NCBI GenBank assembly: GCA_964016885.1
Contig: OZ024748.1
Span: forward strand, 1,984,001-2,048,000
Direction: 5' to 3'
Source: Eledone cirrhosa
Lineage: Eukaryota
DNA: 64,000 nt
In this document: positions 54,441-64,000 of the stretch, one piece after another
How the letters are laid out: every line of letters starts with the position of its first letter
Position numbering within the stretch: position 1 is the first letter of the stretch
Program-made: the position numbers and the translations under genes
The notes under the pieces: model-generated
Database searches by the model: none
Seen by the model: only the letters and a program-made list of their open reading frames with translations
Told to the model about the DNA's origin: nothing

Positions 54441-55427
54441 CTCTAACCACTAAGCCATGTGCCTATATATATATTATATACATATATACACACACATTCA
54501 TATCTCTATATATATATATATATATATTTAGAGAGAGAGAGAGGGGGGAGCAGGATAGATTGATAGCAGAGAGTGTGAGAAGTTTTACTAACCTACATTA
54601 ACGATTTTGCCTCTACTTCCATGGTCATTTTTGATGTATTATAAAGTGTCCAAGCAGCATGTCATTGCTACCATACTACCATCATTTTTATTTAGAGAAT
54701 GAGTATTTGAAAGTCTCAAAACATTGGCAGATTTATAGATATAGGGGTGCTAGTGTTGCAAACCAAACATTAATAACTAATTAAGGAATATATGAAAAAT
54801 CTTTAATAAAAAATTTCAAACTTGAACTGTGTTGGCTTTAATATAACATGCTTGAAAACAAAACTGTTCCCTATTAACACACACACCATGTCTTGCTCAG
54901 GTTTATTGATGCTTAAAATAAATATAATAGTACAAATTCACTTATATTTTGAATAAATTTCTTTAAAAAGATACTGTTGATTCAGTTAGAGTTGCTTCAT
55001 TCAAACTGTTGAGAAGATGGTTTAATTTGAGCTTCAGAAATATGCAAAATGAAAATTCTAAAAAAAAAAAAAATAGACAAATAGATATAAAAATTAAATT
55101 GATATTTTACTTTTGCAATTTTTTAATATTTTCTCAGCAAAATATTTTTATTTCAAAATACTGTACCAATTTACATAATTATTCTAAATGTATTTTCTTT
55201 CAAAAACATTTTCCGGTATTTGTTGCAATACTTTAGAGTATAATATATTCTAAGTTTTTCTGTCTGGAGCTGAAAAGAACAAATTTCAGCCAAAACACAT
55301 AACCCATGACCTTTTCTTGAAAAAATATGATCATATGCAAAGTGTCATTTACCCGGATAGAAAACTGTAGCATACAACTTGGAATATACATTAAGACAGA
55401 CAGTAAACTCTGACTTTAATAGACTAA

Positions 55428-55906
55428 GTAATAATAATTCTTTCTAACATAGGCACAAGTCCAGCAATTTGGGTTAAGGGGAAGACCAATTATATTGACT
55501 CAGTTTTTATCTGGTACTTTATTTAATTGACCTCTGAAGGATAAAAGGCAAAGTTTACTTCAGTAGGATTTGAACTCAGAATGCAGACTGATAGAATGAA
55601 TACTTCAAAGCATTCTATCTGATGTTCTAACTTTTCTAATTCACTAGCTTGGACAAAATAATAATAATAATAATGGTTTCTGATTTAGGCACAAGGCCAA
55701 CAATTTTGGGGGAGGAGAAAGATGAAAGGCAAAGATAACCTCGGCAGGATATGAACTCAGAACATAAAGGGCCGTAACTCTGTGCCGCTAAGCATGTTGT
55801 CCAACGTTCGACCAATACTGCAATAATAATAATAATTGTTTCTACTTTTGGCACAAGGCCAGCAATTACCCAGTACATTACTGGTACTTTATTTTATCGA
55901 CTCCGT
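55428..55906 (-). mobile_element. Cluster of three SINE family A copies
   Basis: Three successive GGCACAAG..CA(G/A)CAATT tails with family A cores. Confidence 0.8.
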
Positions 55907-56772
55907 AGCCACCATGATTACAGGAAAATACTGTAAGAAATGAAATATTACATATAAATTATCATTAGATAATTTTAAATTCTACACTCATGTATATTGT
56001 TTTAAAGCTTTTTTCTATTAAAAACAATAAAAATGACCCCTAATTTAACTTCAATTTAACAAACTTTTAACATTAACTGACACACCTTCCTCATATCAGT
56101 CCATTAAATCGGGGATTTACTGTATTTAAATATGAAAAAGATATTTGTAGTACAAGAAGACTAATAATTTCATTTAAAATAGAATTAGTTTATAATGGTA
56201 GAGAACAGTGCAAGCAAGCAATAAAGCAACAAAACAAAATTAAGAAGAAACCTGTAAAGATAGTAAATCCTATTGGGTATTAATGCCTGATAATAAATAT
56301 ATCAACAAATATGATAATCTTCTTCAACACAACTTTTAGAAGCATTATGTAAATATTACTATAATTAACTTAATAAGGGCGGTGAGAAGTTGAATGAAGT
56401 CAGTTGCGATAACTCTTGAAGAATAAATTTCATTATCATGCAAGCAAATTAGCAGCAGATGCTATAACAAAAGAAAACAATGTGGGTATCATTTCTCTTA
56501 TCAATATAACAGTCTTTTTTTATATGTCAAAATGGTGAGATGGTAGTTACAGAGAAGTACAGAGAGCTATTGTTATTTTCCAATACATCTATTGACAGCT
56601 ATTACACAATTCACAAGTCAGATATCCATACATATCCATCCATATATATATATATATATTTATATCACATATATATATATATATATATATCCATACATAC
56701 ATATATATATATATACATACACACACAAACTCACACATATACATACACACTCACACATATACATATGCATAT

Positions 56773-56828
<56 letters not shown>

Positions 56829-57334
56829 ATAGACAACTACTAATAAATAATGAACAAGGTTAGTTACTAATCATGCCTTTCGAAAGATTAGAGATATAAT
56901 ACGAAATGAATGGTTTTACCAAGAATTGGAAACAGATTGTAATTAGGATGCATATAAAAACGCACACGCACACACTCACACTCACATTCATATTTTTGTG
57001 CACGTGCCTGAATGAAGGGCCAGTTTAAGAATGGCTCCACCATTATGCAGTGGTGGCCATGACTGGACTCTAAAACCAATGGTACCATATACCATAAGTG
57101 AATGAAACTTTGTTTATACTATATATACATATATAGTTATTGGCAACAATTCCATTGGGAATAGAAAGAACCACAATTAAAGTGAAGTACTCAATACATT
57201 AAATAAAGTAAATTAGTATATTGAAGAATGACTCTAACAGGGCTAGATCTGTTTCCTTTTTGAAGAATTTGTTTGAGATGATATATTATATATGTATATA
57301 TATAGATAAATATATACACACACACACAGACACA

Positions 57335-57818
57335 TATGATGGCTGCTCCCTCATTATCGAGTATGGCCATTGCGCGATATACCATTATTAATAATTATTA
57401 ATTAATTCTATCGTGCAATGCCTGTGCGTGAAGATAATCCCACTCTCTGAACGACAGTAGCTAAAACCCGAAAATAAGAAAAGATCAACATCATTGGTAA
57501 CTACTGAGCCGCAGGTTTTATATCAGAGTTATCCCAGTTTCCTGAGTTGCCTTCTCCTAGAAGAATGCCGGGTCACTCTTGAGTGCTACTGGTAACATGT
57601 AACCCAGTACAACCTGTCGCATGGCCGGATCGTCGGCAACTAAACCGGCAACCCCACCAAGTTTACTTGGTAAGGAGGGTGATTTTGGACACCTTGCAGG
57701 ACAAAAAACAAAACCTGACAAAGGGCGGAAGAACTCATAAGAGTCAACGGCCATCCAAAACTGTGTACCGCACAGTTAAACCACTGGGAGTGAAGGACCC
57801 CTAACCTTTGTCAGGGCA
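57335..57818 (-). mobile_element. Non-autonomous element resembling an RTE 5' UTR
   Basis: GC-richer, CpG-retaining island between microsatellites. Minus strand has CTAGGAGAAGGCAACTC..CTCTGATATAAAACC, recalled as an RTE 5' UTR motif. Internal hairpins; no coding ORF. Confidence 0.55.
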
Positions 57819-57837
57819 TATATATATATACCCACAA

Positions 57838-57868
<31 letters not shown>

Positions 57869-58055
57869 CATTTAGGTTTGTTGGTTCACCACTGGATAGA
57901 ACTGGTCATTCCGTATAGTCAACCTTGATGTAATATTAGGGAGAACACTCGACGTAATGCAGCTCACCCGCCTTCGCTTGTGTTGTTGGTGGTACGAGTA
58001 CGGAGTTAATTATTATAAAATAACAGGAGGCTGGACTGGTGTAATTGCTTAAAAG

Positions 58056-58120
58056 TTTATTATACTATGAACATTTCAATGACCGGGTTCAGTATGAATC
58101 CGGTGACATCATCAGGTATT
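58056..58120 (-). ncRNA. Hammerhead motif on the minus strand followed by AATAAA
   Basis: Minus strand: ATAC-CTGATGA-TGTC ACCGG..CCGGT CATT-GAAA-TGTTCATA-GTAT-AATAAA. Confidence 0.5.
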
Positions 58121-58599
58121 CGAAATTTATCCCTGGGGCTGAAAAGGCAGAGAGACAAGAAGGGGGCCCACACATTTAGCAGTTTCTAGTCAGGTTGGCC
58201 ACCTTCAAAAGATATATATATAAAAATCATGCTTCTGGTGATATTTATATTTGAGTGAAATGAAAATATTTTCTTTGAGCAGAAAGCCATATGAATACAT
58301 ACATTCTCTACAGATTTATTACAAATAATATCTACTAGTCATTAAAGTTCAGTGATAAACATTGAAAAAACAGCTTCAACAGTTTCCTTAATCCCCCATG
58401 GTTAATAAAACAGTAATAACACCCACCAATAAAATCAATTTGTTCATAAGATAAAACCTGATTAGATCATGAATAGATCATGAAAAAAATCAATGAATCT
58501 AAGAACTAATGTTAAATTGAATATATATTTTCCAAGGAAAACTTGAACCGTTAGAGTATTTTCCTTGGTTATGTCAAAATTTATAAAACACACTTCGTA

Positions 58600-58660
58600 T
58601 TTTATCTGATGATAGCATACCAAAATTTTGGTACCTTTGAAATATATATAATAGAATAAA
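58600..58660 (+). ncRNA. Minimal type I hammerhead motif followed by AATAAA
   Basis: TTTTAT-CTGATGA-..TACCAA..TTGGTA..-GAAA-TATATA-TA-ATAGAA. Stem I pairs fully (one G-U); helix III is palindromic. Confidence 0.6.
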
Positions 58661-58727
58661 TATGCTTGTATATAGTTTCCATTTATTTAATATCATTGTA
58701 TATATATATATATATATACACATATAC

Positions 58728-59012
58728 AATGTTGGTACCACAACATCCAGTCCGAAACAAATGAGGTCGTGTAGGTGTCACGACAAAAAAAAAACACACA
58801 GTCCACGCTGTAATGTGGCCGTGTAGGTAACACGGTAAAAACCTCCCAATCCACACTGTAAATGTGGTTGGTGTTGGGAAGGGCACCCAGCCATAGAAAA
58901 CCTGCCAGACAGTCCTATACGAGCAGGACAACCAATCTTGCCTCAAGTGGGAAAACTCCCGTCCAAACCCATGCAAGCGTGGAAGATGGACGTTAAACGA
59001 TGATGATGATGA
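58728..59012 (+). mobile_element. RTE 3'-UTR-only insertion (inverted copy at 53988-54243; older relatives near 12282, 21385, 27590, 30770, 35410, 36700, 39297, 41165, 60465)
   Basis: Near-identical to 4300-4583; shared motif GGAAGGGCA(T/C)CCAGCC..GGACGTTAAA(TGA)n. Confidence 0.85.
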
Positions 59013-59029
59013 TACACACATAATGTAAT

Positions 59030-59187
59030 ATAATTGTTTCTACTTATGGCACAAGGCCAGAAATTACCCTAGTGCATTACTGGTACTTTATTTTATCGAC
59101 CCTGTAAGGATGAAAGGCAAAGTTAACCTTGGCGGGATTTGAACTCAGTCCGTAAAGGGACGTAACTGTGCTGCAAAGCATGGCGTC
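59030..59187 (-). mobile_element. SINE family A
   Basis: Close match to 49611-49803. Confidence 0.85.
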
Positions 59188-59195
59188 ATAATGTA

Positions 59196-59236
<41 letters not shown>

Positions 59237-60189
59237 AAAAAAAAGTTTAAGACTGTAACATAAATATAGGTATAGCTCTGTGGTTAATAAGTTCACTTTA
59301 GAAACATTTGGTTCTATGTTTGATGCCATTGCTTGACACCTTAGTCAAGTGTCTTTTAACCATAGCTTTGGTTTATCCGAAACTGTACAAGTGGAATTTG
59401 GACCATTTACATTTTGTACAGAGCTTCTCTCTATCGTGGCACCAATTCTAAAGAGGCTGTCATATCTTTGACAAGACTAAAGGATCCTCTCTCTCCTATA
59501 TTGTTTCTTTTCGATTGCTAATCACTGTATAGCATGTACTTGATACCCTTTATCATGGTAACATAATTAGGGAGATTGTTATGTCCTTGACAAAAGGTCC
59601 TCTCTAGGCTACATAATCTAATTAACCTACCTCTTTACCGAGTGTAGTGTGTGTATGATATCATGGCACCAGCTATAAATATAGGAAAATGAAACACTGC
59701 ATATATTGTTACATCAATATATACTAAAAATCACCAATAAATGTTTATACATGCAAAGAACGTCCATGCAAGGGGATGTTCATGTTATGATAACATTTTA
59801 TTTTAAAAAATCCTTGTTCAGAAGAGGTTTTAGATTCTTCTCCACTAAAGCAATAACACTTCACAAAGTAATTATTAGCTTAAAACAAACAGTGTTTAAT
59901 AAGAGTAGTAGGTTAGTAGACTAAATTATAAAACAATACTGAAACAGATTGGATACAATAGAAACAAAATACACAACACTCAATAGAAACAAACAAACCA
60001 GATATATTTTATATAAAGTAAATACATCCTCGTAAAATAGATGAACATATTTTCAGAAGCCTCATAACATTGATTACACCCTATCAGATACCAGCATTAT
60101 TATTATATTTACAAGACAAAAACTAATCATTTACTCACCAACAACAAACTAGCAAGCTTGTAAGACATTGAATAAACTTCAAATGACTG

Positions 60190-60350
60190 ATGTCATCATC
60201 ATCATCAATAAGTTACTTGAGTTCTCTCCGGTACAGGATCTCCTATTCGTTTCTTTCCTTTGACATCCCCTTTGTGAGATTCAATTTCTTGAGATCAATT
60301 TTAACTGCCTTTTTCTTCATCTTCCGTTTCCATGACTTCCTTACACGTTT
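60190..60350 (-). mobile_element. Decayed RTE 3' end fragment
   Basis: ..KKAVKIDLKKLNLTKGMSKERNE* followed by a (GAT)n tail; resembles the RTE C-terminus at 21711-21850. Confidence 0.6.
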
Positions 60351-61042
60351 TTCTAAATTTGTAATTTACTAAATTTTCTCAACTTTTATTTATAGTAATT
60401 GAATGTTATCGAAGTTATTTTCTGTGTTTGGGAATCTCACATTTCCATATATATATATATAATCATTATCACTATTTTTATATCAATGTTTCTATGCTGA
60501 CATGGGTTGGATGAGATTTTTTGAGACAGTATTTATAGCCAAATACCCTTCCCGACAGCAATCCTTTTAGTCATTTCTTGTGCCAGGCAGCGATATGGTG
60601 TACCCTTTTAAACCAGATACACAGTGCTAGATACACCTTAAATGAGTGAAACACAGTTGATCATAGATCTACTCAATTATTGCAGCTCTTAATTCTCTGT
60701 TATTTTAGTTGTGAGGCTGAACATCTTGTGAACAGGTCTCATCACTTCCACATATTTTCACTGATCCGTCTCTTGTAGATATCTCCAACTGTCACCACTT
60801 AGTCATTTTTCATGGAGCAGGTACATTTGATAGAAATATTGTAGAATTAATTAGTAGCACATCATAAATGTAATGTCATTGCTAATTATCTTGTTAGCAG
60901 TCACAGGGTCTCATGTTATTTCTTGTCATACAAAAGACAAGAATAATATGTGACAGCATTCAGTCCTGCTATTTCTCTGTTAGAATACAACTGTACCAAT
61001 ATATAATAACACACGAAAGCTTTGATATCAAATTGTGGTTCT

Positions 61043-61256
61043 TTAACCCTTTTGATACTAACTTTCCTCAAACTGATCCTTCATAATAAAAACATTTTTG
61101 TTTTGAAGTGTTTAAATTAAAAACTTCCATCATAATTTTATGGAAGAATGTTTTGTTAAGTATTACTAAATTCCTTTAAATCCTTCATTATTTTCAAAAT
61201 TTATTGAAATGCATAAATGGTGAATCTCTTTATATATATAGTAACAAAAGGGTTAA
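61043..61256. mobile_element. TTAA-flanked MITE
   Basis: TTAA-CCCTTTTGATAC ... GTAACAAAAGGG-TTAA. Confidence 0.75.
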
Positions 61257-61399
61257 AATGCAGGATAAAGGATCTTTGGTAAAGTGTCAGATTAGAATGA
61301 ATTACTGACAGCTTTCTAACATGTTCTAAATTAAAATATTAAAACCCAAACTTAGATTTGGTGTGTATGTGTCTGTTTATATATATTTATGTATATTTG

Positions 61400-61435
<36 letters not shown>

Positions 61436-61549
61436 AATATATATATGGGATAACAAGTTATCGTTATAGGTAATCCAGTTAGAGGTTGTGAGTACTCTGT
61501 ATTGTGGATAGTTTCAATGTTGTTTGACTCAACATATGTAAAAACTCCA

Positions 61550-61670
61550 GTATCCCGATGATTTGATCAGAGACACACACTGTATTTAAGGTCGAGTGAC
61601 GCAACTTTGAGTGATTAGCGGCCTTTAGACTCACCTGATCAATGAAACAATTGTTAATACCTGAAATAAA
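61550..61670 (+). ncRNA. Hammerhead motif with an extended loop II, followed by AATAAA
   Basis: GTATC-CCGATGA (U4C)-T-TTGATCAG..64 nt..CTGATCAA-T-GAAA-CAATTG-TT-AATAC, with AATAAA at 61665-61670. Confidence 0.5.
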
Positions 61671-62015
61671 ACCCTTTTTGTACAGCAGACCATGTTATTC
61701 TTCCATCTTTCACTATATATATATATATAACAAAGAAAGTCTGGTAAGGAACCAGGTGGACCATAATGCACCAGAGTACTCGATACTTGGGGGAGTAGAG
61801 TGGGTAATAGGAAAAGAGTCAAGACCCTGACGACTGAGCCCAAGCCATTTCGGAGCTCAGCTGTCGGAGTTCTATATATATATATATATATATTTATTAC
61901 TATATATATATATATATATATAAATATTTGTATATTTACATATATACATACACACATACATATATAGTCAATGTCTGTGGGTGTGTGTGTTGGTGTGTGT
62001 GTGTATTTATATTTA

Positions 62016-62297
62016 AAGTCTAAAGTCTCTCTTAAGCCAGAAGGTTCATTTGGCCGGTGTTTATACTGGTTTCATGGTGTGAAGCGACTGAGAGCACAAG
62101 ACTTCCCCCTGGACAGGACACCAGTCCATCGCAGGGTTAAACTCCCAGTTATTGCCGGTACTCATTTTCAGTTGAGTATACTGGAGCAATGTGAAATGAA
62201 GTGTTTTGCTCAAGAACACAACACGCAACCCAGGAATTGAACCCACGACATTATGATCGTAAGTCCAACACCATTACCACTAGGTCATGTGCCTCCA
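62016..62297 (-). mobile_element. tRNA-derived SINE with a V-domain-like segment
   Basis: Head TGACCTAGTGG..GGTTCAATTCC, CORE-like TTCTTGAGCAAAACAC, then CCCTGCGATGGACTGGTGTCCTGTCCAGGGG; tail AGACTTTAGACTTTA. Confidence 0.8.
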
Positions 62298-62625
62298 CTT
62301 AAATATATATATATATATACACACACATGCACATATTTAATCTAATAGCTTCATTTCGCCTGCTTTTAATCAAATTGATTGTGACTCTGTATCTGATTGT
62401 TGTTGTATGGCAAAGTTATTAGCCTTGACTCTGCTTGTTATTCTGTCTATTGAACAGTAAAGAAGAGAATGAACAGAGAAAGATGGAAAAATAATTGCTT
62501 TCACTGACTTAACCAATGTATTATTATTGTGTAAAGTCATTTGTTTCTTGCTTTTTGTTTCCTGTCTCTGTCTCTTTTGCTTCTACTACTGAAATATAAC
62601 AAAAGTATGAGTGAGAGAAGGGATG

Positions 62626-62697
<72 letters not shown>

Positions 62698-62937
62698 TAT
62701 ATTTGTGTGTGTGTATATTTGCATGTGTATATTTATATAAATGATAATGATGATATAGTTCCTCAGCATGGTTGTAGTCCAGTAAAAGAATATATGCGTG
62801 TGTTATAGAGAGAGAGAGAGAGAGATTTCTAATACAACATATATGATAAATAATAATAACAATAATAATAGTAAGTTTTATAATGATGATGAGAATTATG
62901 GTAAATGGTAAGGATGGTGATATATCACTTCCTGGCT

Positions 62938-63960
62938 CTACCACCACCACCACCACCTCCTCCACCACCACCAACACCACCTACACCACCTCCACCACCA
63001 ACACCACCACCATCAACACCACCACCACCTCCTCCACCACCAACACCACCTACACCACCACCAACACCACCATCAACACCACCAACACCACCACCAACAC
63101 CACCAACACCACCTACACCACCAACACCACCACCATCAACACCACCACCACCCCCACCACCAACACCATCACCACCACCACCACCACCACTACCACCAAC
63201 AACACCACCACCACCAACACCACCTACACCACCACCAACACCACCAACACCACCACCAACACCACCATCACCACCACCAACACCACCAACACCACCACCA
63301 TCACCACCTACACCACCACCATCACCACCTACACCACCACCAACACCACCTACACCACCACCTACACCACCACCAACACCACCTACACCACCAACAACAC
63401 CATCTCCACCTACACCACCACCTACACCACCACCATCACCACCACCAACACCACCAACACCACCACCAACACCACCAACACCACCACCATCACCACCTAC
63501 ACCACCACCAACACCACCTACACCACTACTACCAATACTACCAACACCACCACCAACACCACCTACACCACCACCATCACCACCTACACCACCACCAACA
63601 CCACCTACACCACCACCTACACCACCACCAACACCACCTACACCACCAACAACACCATCTCCACCTACACCACCACCTACACCACCACCATCACCACCAC
63701 CAACACCACCAACACCACCACCATCACCACCTACACCACCACCAACACCACCTACACCACCACCAACACCACCTACACCACTACTACCAATACTACCAAC
63801 ACCACCACCAACACCACCTACACCACCACCATCACCACCTACACCACCACCATCACCACCTACACCACCACCAACACCACCTACACCACCACCAACACCA
63901 CCTACACCACCACCAACACCACCTACACCACCACTAGAACCACAAGAACCACTAACACAA
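62938..63960. repeat. (ACC/AAC)-rich compound repeat
   Basis: ACCACCAACACCACCTAC-type units with an internally duplicated block. Confidence 0.95.
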
Positions 63961-64000
63961 TCATCATCATCATCAACAGCAGCAGTGATATTCTCACTGC

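Noticed and set aside
59826-59860. DGK second coding exon after TTTTAG|AT
   Set aside because: The frame reads YSSPLKQ* and does not match the DGK continuation.
61828-61866. Hammerhead starting CTGACGA
   Set aside because: The hairpin is not followed by GAAA, and the sibling copy at 53675 lacks the core.
62938-63960. Thr-rich mucin exon
   Set aside because: Compound trinucleotide repeat with no convincing start, splice context or conserved domain.

Overview
AT-rich, microsatellite-dense eukaryotic DNA. The repeat complement (RTE LINEs with (ATG)n tails, several tRNA-derived SINE families, TTAA-flanked MITEs, very long (TA/CA)n tracts) suggests an octopod cephalopod; this is inference. Only one host coding exon is recognisable: the first coding exon of a type I diacylglycerol kinase (DGKA/B/G-like; MAMQWQKLSPAQFHQLQEYCN, phase-1 donor) at 40474-40537 (+). 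No next exon is visible, so the rest of the window is probably intron. The remaining sequence is transposon-derived or tandem repeat: a ~3 kb disrupted RTE LINE carrying a PHD finger, smaller RTE and CR1-like fragments, a Penelope-like GIY-YIG fragment, many SINEs (one family shares a 40-nt 3' end with the RTE), MITEs, and two young satellites (26-bp and 12-bp units). The most striking pattern is about ten minimal type I hammerhead-ribozyme motifs, mostly decayed. Most lie in short islands between (TA)n tracts and several are followed by AATAAA, suggesting diverse Penelope-dependent, retrozyme-like elements associated with TA microsatellites. Most long ORFs in the supplied track are microsatellite artefacts. 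All calls were made by eye and element boundaries are approximate.
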